A stretch of 64,000 bases of DNA from an uncultured Phycisphaerales bacterium (GCA_963718665.1 OY970359.1:1120001-1184000); one strand, 5' to 3'. Positions 1 to 9,525 are shown, numbered from the stretch's first letter. A program made the numbers and translations. Notes: generated from the letters alone by a model not told the origin.

Positions 1-259
1 GCGCGGCTTCCCTTTCCTCTAACGTTTTCAAAAGCATTTTGTTGTTTGTCAGCGTCAGCTTCAGGCAGTCGTCGAGAGAAAGTTTTCCCGAAATTATCGG
101 CTGCGTCTGTTTCTCGACCTCTTTGCGGCCTTCCCACTGTTTATATGCCGATTCCCGTGACAGCGTCGCCTCGTTAGTGAACTCTTCTTTGCTGACGCAG
201 CCGGTAAGTGAAATCGCGGACAGTAAAAGGCACAGGATTATATTGGTTGCCAGTTTCAT
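1..259 (-). CDS. Outer-membrane efflux (TolC-family-like) lipoprotein, 5' part only (runs off window)
   Basis: Hand translation MKLATNIILCLLLSAISLTGC (lipobox) ...GKLSLDDCLKLTLTNNK, a typical TolC N-terminal helix; ATGA overlap with the TetR stop codon. Confidence 0.65.
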   Translation of the reverse strand, partial: MKLATNIILCLLLSAISLTGCVSKEEFTNEATLSRESAYKQWEGRKEVEKQTQPIISGKLSLDDCLKLTLTNNKMLLKTLEEREAA

Positions 260-924
260 TTCTTGTCCCCTTTGGCGTAAGCCCTGATTCCGGCCGCCAA
301 GAATTTGACTATATGGTCTATTGACTCATCGATATTAACCGATGTTATTGAATGGCCTTGCGCCCCTTCGAACAACACCTTGACCTGCGTAATGTGAACC
401 AGTTGGCCGGTTAGTGAAAGAACGCACATCAGGGCATCGTGTTCATTGATGTTCGGACAAATAACAGCAATCGCTTCTTCCATTGCGGTTATTGACGGGG
501 CAGCCAGTTCATCGAGAAACATATTTTTGGGTAGCCGCTGCTCCGCCATTTCTCGAAAGAAAAGCTGCATAAATCGCTGGCTTTGCTGCGGGTCTGCGAA
601 CGGCTTGAGAAAATCAACCGAGTATGCGTAAAGTAACTTTTTGAGTGTCGGTTTAGCTTTGTCGCTCATAACGGTCTTGATGGCGTTAAGCCGGCTCTCA
701 TTCATCTCACGAAGACGCAATCGGAATAGTTCTTCGTAAAGTTCGCGTTTGTCGCCGAAAAAATAATTTACGGACGCGAGTCCACGTCTTGCCTTTGTGG
801 TAATGTCTCGAATAGTGGTTCCGTCAAAACCCTTTTGAGCGAACATCTCTTCCGCGGCTTCCAGCAGCCGCTTTCGTGTTATTCGGGCCTCTTTTGTCAG
901 GTTTTTGTCATCTAAACTATTCAT
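256..924 (-). CDS. TetR/AcrR-family regulator (CecR/YbiH-like C-terminus)
   Basis: N-terminal HTH RLLEAAEEMFAQKGFDGTTIRDI...SVNYFFGDKRELY; coupled to the efflux gene. Confidence 0.9.
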   Translation of the reverse strand: MNSLDDKNLTKEARITRKRLLEAAEEMFAQKGFDGTTIRDITTKARRGLASVNYFFGDKRELYEELFRLRLREMNESRLNAIKTVMSDKAKPTLKKLLYAYSVDFLKPFADPQQSQRFMQLFFREMAEQRLPKNMFLDELAAPSITAMEEAIAVICPNINEHDALMCVLSLTGQLVHITQVKVLFEGAQGHSITSVNIDESIDHIVKFLAAGIRAYAKGDKK

Positions 925-970
925 ACTTATCTCCTTGAACCAGCTTTTTTAGTCGCTTGCATAAAGCGCT

Positions 971-1027
971 TGTTTCATACAAAGTATAAAACATTTGTAT
1001 CAAACAGTTGTATGAAACATTTGTTTT
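971..1027. promoter_or_regulatory. Probable TetR operator array
   Basis: Three 13-bp direct repeats (AAACATTTGTATC 989, AAACAGTTGTATG 1002, AAACATTTGTTTT 1015) plus a perfect 12-bp inverted repeat (971-982 vs 1008-1019), just upstream of tetR. Confidence 0.65.
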
Positions 1028-1260
1028 GGACACTCGGTTAATAATACAAAAGTCAAAAAAGCCCATTATTGAAATTATAGTAAGGTTTCAATGTAGCTTG
1101 TTTGGCAAATAGATAGGGCAAAAACACGACATTTTTCTTCAAAAAATTGGCTGATTTTGGACTAAAAATTGAGTGGTTTTTGACATTAAAACGGGGCGGA
1201 AGTATATACTTAACGCACAAGCTATGTTTCTTTTTTGCAACGTAGAAAAACCGGCTTAAT

Positions 1261-1395
1261 TTATTTGCTTTCTTTAGGCCAACCTTCCGGCGGTTTTTGT
1301 TTACGAAGGGCCTTTTTGACAGCCCTTTCCCAGTCGCCCTCGATTTTAAGATGCTCTGTTTTCGGGCCTCGCTGTTTTTGTTGTTTTTTAGGCAT
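1261..1395 (-). CDS. Small basic protein (44 aa) coupled to the IS1595 transposase
   Basis: MPKKQQKQRGPKTEHLKIEGDWERAVKKALRKQKPPEGWPKESK; start overlaps the reconstructed transposase stop; below the ORF-track size cutoff. Confidence 0.55.
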   Translation of the reverse strand: MPKKQQKQRGPKTEHLKIEGDWERAVKKALRKQKPPEGWPKESK

Positions 1396-2352
1396 TAACT
1401 ATTGGCTCCCGATAAGTTAGACGTTTACCCTCTGACCCTTGAATCGCTTTTGCGATACGCTCCCCGTCGTTTAATTGTCGGGTATTCCAACGAAACGCGA
1501 ACTCGGAAACGTATCTATGTAAGTGCTTTTTGCTTACTGAATGGAATGTTCCATATAAACCGCGTTTGAGGGCGCAAAGAAACTTTCCACTGTATTGGTA
1601 TAAATATCGCCCCGAACATATTCGCGTCGGCTATGACATACTGTTTTATGCCCGCTCCAAAATACTCTTGTGGCGCTCTTGTAAGCGGGTTCTTCATCAG
1701 TAATTATTCTTGACGCCAAATCGACTTGTTTCCATAATTCATTTTTCAATGCTTCGGCAGTTACATTCGGAATAACGCGCGTCCGAACACCACCATTGCG
1801 TTCAACTAAGGCCAGTACGGGCGTTTTTGGCGTGCCTCGCCCCCGTAAACCCTTCCTGTGGAATCGCGGTTTGCCGCCGACATAAGTTTCGTCCGCCTCA
1901 ATAGTCCCCTGTAATTTCTTTTCTTGTTTTGGCGCAGTCATTGCGTAACGAATACGATGCAAAATAAATAAAGCTGTTTTGTAAGTTACATTGCACTCCC
2001 GCTTAATCTGTAAGGCACTTACGCCGTTCTTCGATGCACAAGCCGCCCAGAAAGCGTGACACCATATTTTAAGTGGCACTCGTGAATCCTCAAAAACTGT
2101 GCCGACGCGAACGGTATATTGTTTTTTGCAACCGTCCTCGTGACAACGCCATAGGAATCTCTTGTTACGTCCACCATCCTTGCCTGTCATTTTAGATACA
2201 TTGATACTGCCACAATGAGGACAGGCAGGATACTCACCCCAGCGTTGCTTTTCCATAAAATACACTGCCGCCGCTTCGTTGGAGCAAGCTATTGGCAACT
2301 CCTTAACGATTACGTCTTTTGTCCGAACAGGTTTTTTATTTTTTATCTTCAT
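1388..2352 (-). pseudogene. IS1595-family DDE transposase with a 1-nt frameshift near 1571 (pseudogene or sequencing error)
   Basis: Zn ribbon CPHC...C...C, IEADETYVGG, ITDE, HKTVCHS, TNTVESFF; the shifted frame continues LKRGLYGTFHSVSKKHLHRYVSEFAFRWN...GKRLTY to a stop at 1388. Confidence 0.9.
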
Positions 2353-2358
2353 AGAAGC

Positions 2359-2386
2359 ATTGTAACGCCTATCGTCTGTGTGTCAA
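2359..2386 (-). promoter_or_regulatory. Sigma70 promoter of the transposase (probably leaderless mRNA)
   Basis: TTGACA-N16-TACAAT, 6 nt upstream of ATG 2352; no SD. Confidence 0.6.
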
Positions 2387-2417
2387 GTATAAAATTACTA
2401 TTTTTTCAAATTATTTT

Positions 2418-3164
2418 TTACTGCCGTTTTTTAAAGTATTTTTGAATATCTGTAATATATACGTTATTATGGTGTGTTGTTTGCATTGGTATAGGCATAT
2501 CAATAGTCAAAGAACTATTGAGAATAAGAATTAATGAACCACCAATAACATTACTATCTAATACCATATCCGATAAGTGAATCATGGCATTGTTGGCTTC
2601 TGCAAGGGAATAGATTGGTTTGCCAAACAATGGTTGTTCCCCATCAGGATTAAATGCTGATGCTCCATAGTGACCTTTATTGCTATCGGTTGGATTGCTA
2701 TAACAACTTTGCGCATTCATTACAAGCAAGATATTTTGGTCTTTCGCTAAGAACATAAATGCGTGTCCTAAACCTGTATATATGTTACGAACATTATTAG
2801 AATCAACTGTCACTTCGACCGTGGCTGTGGCTGTTCGCAAAGGTTTTTTGTAAGGATTGTCACGGTCGCATACAAAAACCAATTTAGACCAAAAAAGTAA
2901 CGCAATTAAAAAACAAATAATTAACAAAACAAAATCAGTGTTGAACCCTGATTTAATTTTATTATAAATACCGGTTTCGTTTAAAATGGCTAATAAAGTT
3001 GTTAATATCGCCCATATAAATAATACAACAAATATCGCGCCAATCGTAGGTATTGACAATATATAGCTCACAATGCACCCCAAACCTGTTGTGATGATGA
3101 ATTTAAACCGAACAGTTTTAAGGTGTAGGGTAATCTTGTTTTCTTTATTTTGTTCCATATCCAT
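2418..3164 (-). CDS. IS passenger: hypothetical membrane protein (about 3 N-terminal TM helices plus a beta-rich domain)
   Basis: 248-aa AT-rich ORF with hydrophobic N-terminal segments. Confidence 0.65.
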   Translation of the reverse strand: MDMEQNKENKITLHLKTVRFKFIITTGLGCIVSYILSIPTIGAIFVVLFIWAILTTLLAILNETGIYNKIKSGFNTDFVLLIICFLIALLFWSKLVFVCDRDNPYKKPLRTATATVEVTVDSNNVRNIYTGLGHAFMFLAKDQNILLVMNAQSCYSNPTDSNKGHYGASAFNPDGEQPLFGKPIYSLAEANNAMIHLSDMVLDSNVIGGSLILILNSSLTIDMPIPMQTTHHNNVYITDIQKYFKKRQ

Positions 3165-3343
3165 ATTCTAAGAGTATAAACTGGCCCATTATCCCAATAA
3201 AGCATTATTCTTATTCCTTTCCTTTGAGTTTGTGATGGTTTAAAATACGATTGGTTTCTATGTGGTCTTTTATGCTTGTTACTATCGAAACGATGACGTT
3301 GAGGGAAAAGAGACCCCAAAAAGCCCATTCATAAAACTTATAA

Positions 3344-3853
3344 ATGAAAGGAATTTTTACGGTTGGATTACTTTCAGCATCATTGTCTATCTTTCGCACA
3401 ATAATTGAAAAGTTGTTTTCTTGGAGGACAGATAGACCAACAGTCACCATTAAAAATTGCCTTATTAGAGCAACATTTGGGTTTGAATTTAAAGAAGGAC
3501 AACAAGCCACTGTCGCTGGAGCATTATCCTTTGAAGGGTTTATATCGGCGGGGGGGAAAAACTGTTCTGTAACAGAAATCGGTTTAATATTAGAAAAAAG
3601 AAACTTTGCCGGATTTGTAGAAAAATCAACACAACTGCCGCTTAATGTCCTCTCGAACCATACCGTTCCTTTTGTTATGTATGGACAATGTGACTGGTTA
3701 GCAAAAAAAAACGAACCAGTTGGCAACCAATTTTTCGTTCCCGCTCGAATTGCAATAGTATTTAATAATAAGCATCCAATAATAAAAAAAGTTGTTTTTC
3801 GGACAGTCACGCCATACATTTTTCGTCCTCCTGAGTCGCTTGGGAAATTCTGA
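3344..3853 (+). CDS. IS passenger: hypothetical protein with N-terminal hydrophobic anchor
   Basis: 169-aa AT-rich ORF with protein-like composition; overlapped by antisense ORF 3211-3819. Confidence 0.5.
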   Translation: MKGIFTVGLLSASLSIFRTIIEKLFSWRTDRPTVTIKNCLIRATFGFEFKEGQQATVAGALSFEGFISAGGKNCSVTEIGLILEKRNFAGFVEKSTQLPLNVLSNHTVPFVMYGQCDWLAKKNEPVGNQFFVPARIAIVFNNKHPIIKKVVFRTVTPYIFRPPESLGKF

Positions 3854-4013
3854 ACAGTAACTTATTCATAGACCTTCCCCCCTATCCTTTCCCCTTGTGC
3901 GCAGCCCCATCCTTCCGTTCCTGCTTGTGCGTTCTGTATATACTTCCGAAACGGGGCTGTTTTGCCGAGGCAAACCAGACCTTTCCGAAGGCAAATATAA
4001 CGATTGTAATGAC

Positions 4014-5222
4014 TCAGTATTTGGGCAGGGCGTCTTCGAGGTCGGCGATGAGGTCATCAGTGTCCTCAATGCCCACGGCAAGCCGGAACAGTGTGTCGGT
4101 AATTCCCAGTTTGTATCTTTCCTTTCGGCTGTAGTCGTAATAACTGACAAGGGCGGGATGAGTAATCAGCGATTCCACGCCGCCCAGCGATGGCCCGATG
4201 TTAATCAGTTTCAGCCGGTCGAGCAGCCGTTTGGAATCGGCAAGAGTCCCTTTTACCTCGAACGAAACTACGCCGCCGCCGCCCTGCATCTGTTGTGTCG
4301 CGACTTCATAGTGCTGGTGACTTGGCAGGAAGGGATAATAAACACGCCTTATTGCCGGATGTGCTTCGAGCCATTCAGCAATTCGCAACGCGGATTCGTT
4401 CTGATAACGGATGCGAAGCGGGAATGTCTTTAGCCCGCGCAAAAGCATATAGCAGCAGTGCGGGTCGATGGTGCCGCCCATCGATTTGTGCAGGTCGCGG
4501 ATTTTTTCTACCAGCTCCTGTTTGCCTAATACCGCCCCGGCCAGGATATCGTTATGGCCCGCTAAATACTTCGTGCAGCTTTGCAGAACGAGGTCCATAC
4601 CGAATTCGATGGGCCTCTGGTTGTATGGCGTGGCAAAAGTCGAGTCGATAAGCGTCAGGATTTTGTGCTTGTCGGCTATTCTTTTGATTTTCACAAGGTC
4701 GAAGATGTTCAGATACGGATTAGTGGGCGATTCGGAAAAAATGAAGCGGGTATTTTTCCTGATGGCCCTGTCGATAATGCCATAGTCGCCGAATGGGACA
4801 ATCGTGCAGTCAATAGCGAACTGCTTTAAATATGACTGGCAGAACTCCAGCGTCTTTTTATAGCTGTCGTCGGTAATAACGATATGGTCGCCCGAATGCA
4901 CAAGCGATAAAATAGTTGTGGTAATAGCGCTCATCCCCGACGAAAATACGACGCAGTCCTCTGCGCCTTCAAGGTCAGCCAGTCGCTGCTCGGCGATTTT
5001 GGCGGTCGGGTTGCCGTATCGGCCATATTCGTAATGTGCCTTGCCCTTTTTTGTGTAATCCTCGATTGCCTTGCTGTTTTTGAAGGTAAATGTGGCGGTC
5101 TGGACAATCGGCGTCATCAGCGAGTCCGCGTATTTCTGCCTCGGCTCACCCGCGTGAATCGCCCTTGTCGCCATCGACGCTCTGCTATGAAGTTTTTTCG
5201 CCTTTTTTAGTGTATCTGCCAT
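4014..5222 (-). CDS. metB: Cys/Met metabolism PLP enzyme (cystathionine gamma-synthase-like)
   Basis: YGRYGNPT, FSSGMSA, ESPTNP, DSTFATP, SCTKYLAGHND (PLP lysine), SLGGVESL. Confidence 0.85.
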   Translation of the reverse strand: MADTLKKAKKLHSRASMATRAIHAGEPRQKYADSLMTPIVQTATFTFKNSKAIEDYTKKGKAHYEYGRYGNPTAKIAEQRLADLEGAEDCVVFSSGMSAITTTILSLVHSGDHIVITDDSYKKTLEFCQSYLKQFAIDCTIVPFGDYGIIDRAIRKNTRFIFSESPTNPYLNIFDLVKIKRIADKHKILTLIDSTFATPYNQRPIEFGMDLVLQSCTKYLAGHNDILAGAVLGKQELVEKIRDLHKSMGGTIDPHCCYMLLRGLKTFPLRIRYQNESALRIAEWLEAHPAIRRVYYPFLPSHQHYEVATQQMQGGGGVVSFEVKGTLADSKRLLDRLKLINIGPSLGGVESLITHPALVSYYDYSRKERYKLGITDTLFRLAVGIEDTDDLIADLEDALPKY

Positions 5223-5320
5223 ATTGTTTCCCTTTCGCAGTTCAGGATGACTTATTTATCCGAAAAAGAGGCCGGCTTCAAGTGATTTTTGGCCGCTGTT
5301 TTCGCTGATTGACACTGTTT

Positions 5321-5370
5321 TCTGTCTTCGGTCTTCTGTCTTCTGATTTTTTGACACGGATTACGCGATT
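5321..5370. repeat. Heptamer repeats (TCTGTCT-type x4) plus ACACGGATTACGCG motif at the left edge of an accessory cassette
   Basis: tctgtct tcggtct tctgtct tctgatt; gacacggattacgcgatt at 5353-5370. Confidence 0.6.
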
Positions 5371-5570
5371 TGATGCTGTTTGCTATTTGTATTTGACGCG
5401 GGGAATGTGGGGATTTATAGTAGGTTTGGGTAGAATCATTAAGGATTGACGGGAATCAGAGTTTTGTGTAAATTGTCTTCTGACGTTTAGAAATCAAAGA
5501 GACGGGAATGGGTGGAACGGAATATTGGTAAGCGATATGTCCATGTGAAGGGGAAAACAACAGAGAGGAA

Positions 5571-6104
5571 ATGGAAAAGAAAGAGATGGACTTAAACCGT
5601 TTGGGACATGGTATGCCAGGAATAACACCGGAATTTGGGATGTGCTTGGCTCAGGCGGCAGCCGTTTGTTTAGAGGACCAAGGACATTCATCTGGATCAG
5701 TAATGAACGTCGACGGCGCATTTGAAACAGCTTTTTCGATGTCATGGGACCGCGCTACTGAACAAATAAAAAAATGTTGGGGAGATTTGGAAGTTACTAC
5801 AGAACATGGGGCTTATGGAGTTGCAATTCTTCTTGTGCTCGCGTTGACCGAATACACGATCATAGAACGTTCACGAAAAGGTACAGGTTTTGACTTTTGG
5901 CTAGGGAATAACAAGAACGAAGAAAATCTTTTTCAAGGAAAATCAAGGCTAGAAGTATCGGGTATTCGGAGGGGTGATAGGCAAGTAATAAGCGAACGGA
6001 TCAAAAGAAAAAGAATACAGATTGGCATGGGTGATGGTAAACTCCCTGGGATTGTTGTCGTTGTGGAATTCAGCATGCCACACTCGCGGATTGTGAACAA
6101 ATGA
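5571..6104 (+). CDS. Hypothetical protein, putative PD-(D/E)XK-like nuclease variant
   Basis: E...KGTGFDFWL...RLEVSGI motif spacing typical of the restriction-endonuclease fold, with Ser at the Lys position. Confidence 0.6.
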   Translation: MEKKEMDLNRLGHGMPGITPEFGMCLAQAAAVCLEDQGHSSGSVMNVDGAFETAFSMSWDRATEQIKKCWGDLEVTTEHGAYGVAILLVLALTEYTIIERSRKGTGFDFWLGNNKNEENLFQGKSRLEVSGIRRGDRQVISERIKRKRIQIGMGDGKLPGIVVVVEFSMPHSRIVNK

Positions 6105-7216
6105 TGGAAATAAGCAAAATTCATGACTTGGCAATGGAGCTTGCTGATAAAGCTTGCATTGCCAGATTACACGGGGATTTGAAAGAAGCTGAACGGCTAA
6201 CCCGAGAAGCATTTGAAAAAGAACGTGAAGCTGCGTCTTGCTTATCTGACAAGTGTGAATGCGAGCCGACGCGGTCCGTTCTTTATAGAAGTGCTGCTTC
6301 GCTCGCGCTTGAATGCGGAGAGCAGCGTGAAGCCGAACGGTTAATAGGATTTGCTTTGTCAGGCACCCCACCTAATGAAGTCGCAGAAGAGCTTCGTGAC
6401 CTTTTGGAAAAGGTGAATTTTGAAAGACACCTTTCTTTGAGGGGATTAAAACTCGGCTCGGACGAGTTTCAGTTTTCTATATGGGGAAATCTTGTCAGTT
6501 ACGGAATGGCTGAGAGCGAAGAGTTCATCAGCAGGGTTCAAAATATCGAGAAAATAATATATCGAACAGCAGAAAGAAGACTTAGTAAACCGTTTAGAGA
6601 AGCGGGTCGAAAGAAGAAGGAACTTGAAAAAGAACTTGAGCTTTACGTTTCTGTTCCGCGAGCAGCAAGCTTTGCCGTTTCGTTTCGTTTGGGAAGTAGT
6701 AGACAGGCCAAGCTACCAGGGATGAGCCTATCGGAAGATGTGATAAGCGAAATGTTCGAGTGCTTTGATTTGTTAAATGCAGAAAAGATGGTTCTGCTCG
6801 AAGAAAAATTTAGAGATAAAGCTTACTTTACCAATTTCGTCCGGTTGGCTCAAACAATCGCTCCCGACGGGGAAAATATCAAGTCCGTTGGCCTCACAAG
6901 GTTTAAGGATAACAAAGAGAATAATGTTGTTTTGTCGACTCCTAGAAGTCAAATTGTGAGGATCGGCGAAAGTGATAAAATGCGAGAGTCAAAAGAGCGG
7001 ATTAAGATAATAGGGACAATGCGTTACGCTGATGATACTAAGAAGGAAGGGGTTATAAAGGTAATTGACGAGCATAAAAAAACGCACATCGTTAAGGTGC
7101 CAAGTGGAATGATGGCGGACATTGTACGGCCAATGTTCGATTTTGAAGTCGTAGTAACTGGATATCTAAAAGATAGTATTATAATCCTTGAGGACATCGA
7201 TAAGGCTTCTGAATGA
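6101..7216 (+). CDS. Hypothetical protein: N-terminal TPR-like helical domain plus beta-rich (OB-like) C-terminus
   Basis: ATGA overlap with upstream gene; helical EPTRSVLYRSAASLALECGE.REAERLI segment; C-terminal beta strands. Confidence 0.7.
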   Translation: MMEISKIHDLAMELADKACIARLHGDLKEAERLTREAFEKEREAASCLSDKCECEPTRSVLYRSAASLALECGEQREAERLIGFALSGTPPNEVAEELRDLLEKVNFERHLSLRGLKLGSDEFQFSIWGNLVSYGMAESEEFISRVQNIEKIIYRTAERRLSKPFREAGRKKKELEKELELYVSVPRAASFAVSFRLGSSRQAKLPGMSLSEDVISEMFECFDLLNAEKMVLLEEKFRDKAYFTNFVRLAQTIAPDGENIKSVGLTRFKDNKENNVVLSTPRSQIVRIGESDKMRESKERIKIIGTMRYADDTKKEGVIKVIDEHKKTHIVKVPSGMMADIVRPMFDFEVVVTGYLKDSIIILEDIDKASE

Positions 7217-7231
7217 GAGGGAAAGCCAGCG

Positions 7232-7339
7232 ATGCCAGATAAAGATGTCAAAACAGTTAAGGATTTGATTTATTACCAATACGCCAAGATAATTGTGCGG
7301 CGGGCGTCCCTTACGGGAGTGGTTAAAAAAACAGCGTAA
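7232..7339 (+). pseudogene. Truncated gene start, possibly an HNH-nuclease remnant
   Basis: MPDKDVKTVKDLIYYQYAKIIVRRA then runs into repeats; resembles (from recall) the N-terminus of an uncharacterised HNH family. Confidence 0.4.
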
Positions 7340-7580
7340 ATCTGCGTTAATCAGCGTTAAAAAAATCCTTCGTGCCTTTGTGGCTTCGTGGTGAATCTTT
7401 GTTTTCAGCTCAAAAACGCAACTTGCCCTCACCCCCCATACACAAAAAGGAGGGGCAAGTAGGGTCAAGTAGGGGCAACTAAAAAATTCCTTGCAATATC
7501 ATCAGTATTTCTTATGCCCGCTATTAAAACTGAAATTCTCTGTGTCCTCTGTGTGCTCTGGGGCTAAAAAACTCTGTGGC
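7332..7580. repeat. Cluster of about 9-bp-period repeats at the right edge of the cassette
   Basis: cagcgtaaatctgcgttaatcagcgtt (7332), cttcgtgcctttgtggcttcgtggtg (7368), ctctgtgtcctctgtgtgctctgggg...ctctgtggc (7538). Confidence 0.65.
7451..7480. repeat. Three tandem 10-bp repeats
   Basis: AGGGGCAAGT AGGGTCAAGT AGGGGCAACT. Confidence 0.8.
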
Positions 7581-9525
7581 TAATTTTTGCTTGTTTTCAA
7601 ATCGTATGCCCTGTAAAGCAATTCGAGATATTGCTCTTTTTCTTTGACCTGGCCATGTACCCTGGCGAGCATTTTGTAATCTCTATATACTTTTTCCTCG
7701 CCGAAACTTTCATGCAGCTTTTTTATAGCTGCCTCCGTTTCCTCAATTGCCTGCTCAATCTTTTCCGCCGGCCAGATATTAAATTGTTTCAGCTCCGGCG
7801 GGGTTGTCTTCCTCGGCTTATCCCGCTTTTGCCTTTTAGGTTTTGCGGCCTGCGGGACTGTTTCCCGTTCTAATGCCCTTTGCTCTAAGAGTTCGGCATA
7901 CCGGCTAAATGAGCCGTTTATAAACTCAAATCTGCCCGCCGCCGTTTTGCCCAGCTCATCTGCGCCGAGCACAATAAGCCGCTGGGCTATCCTGTCGAGA
8001 AAAAACCTGTCGTGACTTACGACGATTATTGTCCCCGTGTAGTCCCCAAGTGCGTTTTCGAGCGCCTCGATACTTGGAATATCAAGGTGATTTGTCGGCT
8101 CATCGAGTATAAGAACCTCCGGCTCGGACAAAACCAGCTTGCAAAGCGCAAGCCGGTTTCGCTCTCCACCGCTAAGGTCCGCCACCTTCTTAAACACGTC
8201 GTCTTTGACAAACAGAAATGCCCCGAGGCACTGCGCACCTGTTCGGGCAGCATTTCAGGAATGACCAAAGCTGCCTCTTCAAGCACGGTATTTTCCGAAT
8301 TCAGTTCCGCCCCTGCCTGGTCAAGATAACCAACGGAAAGGGTCTTCTTAAGCTCGATTGCTCCGGAGGTCGGCTCGATTTGCCCAAGGGCAAGTTTCAG
8401 CAGCGTTGTTTTGCCCATTCCGTTTGGGCCGATGATACCTGTCCGCTGGCCGGTTAAAAGCTCGAAACTCATGTTTTCAAACAGCATTAGATTGCCAAAG
8501 CTCTTCGTAAGATTTTCGCATGTTACCACCGCATCCACTCGCTTACCCTTGTTTTCCACCTCGGCAAATTTAAAGCTAAGCTCTCTCGTGCGTTTCGGTT
8601 TTTCGAGAAAGTCAGGATTGTTTTTGAGAAGATTATCGAGCCGCGTTTGCCTGCCCTGCGCAACCTTTTTCGTTCCCTTGCGGTTTATATTGCGCACAAT
8701 AAAGTCGCGGGTTTTTTCGACGAACTCCAGCCGCTGTTCGTACTGACGCCCCAGTTCAATATCTCGCTTTTCTTTTTCCTGCCTGTAACTGCTGTAATTG
8801 CCCGTGAAAACGTCTGCCCTGCGGTTCCTGATTTCCACAATTTTACAAACCAATCTGTCTAAAAGAAACCTGTCGTGGCTGACAATCAGCGCAGCGCCGC
8901 CGTAGTTTTTTAAGAATTTTTCAAGCCACAGGGTCGCGTCCCAGTCGAGATGGTTTGTCGGCTCATCTAAGAGCAGCAGGTTCGCGTCCGCCAGCAGGAC
9001 TTTTGCGAGCCCCAGCCGCGACAATTGCCCCCCGCTTAACTGCGTCGTTTTTAGCGAATAATGTTTTTCCTCAAGACCCAGCCCCGCGGCGATTTCTTTT
9101 ATTTTCGTTTCATACCTGTAGCCGCCTATAATTTCAAATTCGCTGCTCAGCCGGTCGTATTGCTGCATCGCGGATTTTAATTCGCCGCCGGAAAGTCCGC
9201 TTAATGTCTCCGCCGAGTCGTGCATCCTTTTTTGCAGGTCGAGTATTTCCTGAGCGCTGCTGTGCAGTTCTTCAAGAACAGTTTTTTCACCGCCAAAAAC
9301 CGGCTCCTGCGGCAGGTATCCGATTCGCAGGGCCTTTCTTTGATGAACCTCGCCGGCATCAGGCGGCAGTATTCCGAGAATCATTTTCAACAGCGTGGTT
9401 TTTCCGCACCCGTTGCTCCCGACAAGCCCAACCTTCTCGGCGGGGTATATTTTCAAATCGAGCCGGTCAAAAATCACTTGCGGCCCGAATGATATATGTA
9501 TCTCTTTTAATGTTACTATCGGCAT
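7580..9525 (-). CDS. ABC-F family ATPase (Uup/YdiF-like), split by a 1-nt frameshift near 8227
   Basis: Two NBDs (GSNGCGKTT, LSGGQ, LLLDEPTNHLD; GPNGMGKTT, LSGGE, LILDEPTNHLD); restoring one C gives VRSALGAFLFVKDDVFKKV. Confidence 0.9.

Larger units (their letters stand above)
1197..3948 (-). mobile_element. IS1595-family element carrying passenger genes (2,752 bp)
   Basis: TIRs CGGAAGTATATAC(TT/AG)AACGCACAAGC at 1197-1222 and 3923-3948 (24/26 identical); 8-bp TSD AAACGGGG at 1189-1196 and 3949-3956; DDE transposase inside. Confidence 0.93.

Noticed and set aside
1198..2398. IS1595 ending at the internal TIR-like site 2377-2398
   Set aside because: Only 17/22 match and no TSD, whereas 3923-3948 gives 24/26 with a perfect 8-bp TSD.
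5222..5320. SAM riboswitch upstream of the metB-like gene
   Set aside because: No SAM-I/II core motifs and the leader is too short.
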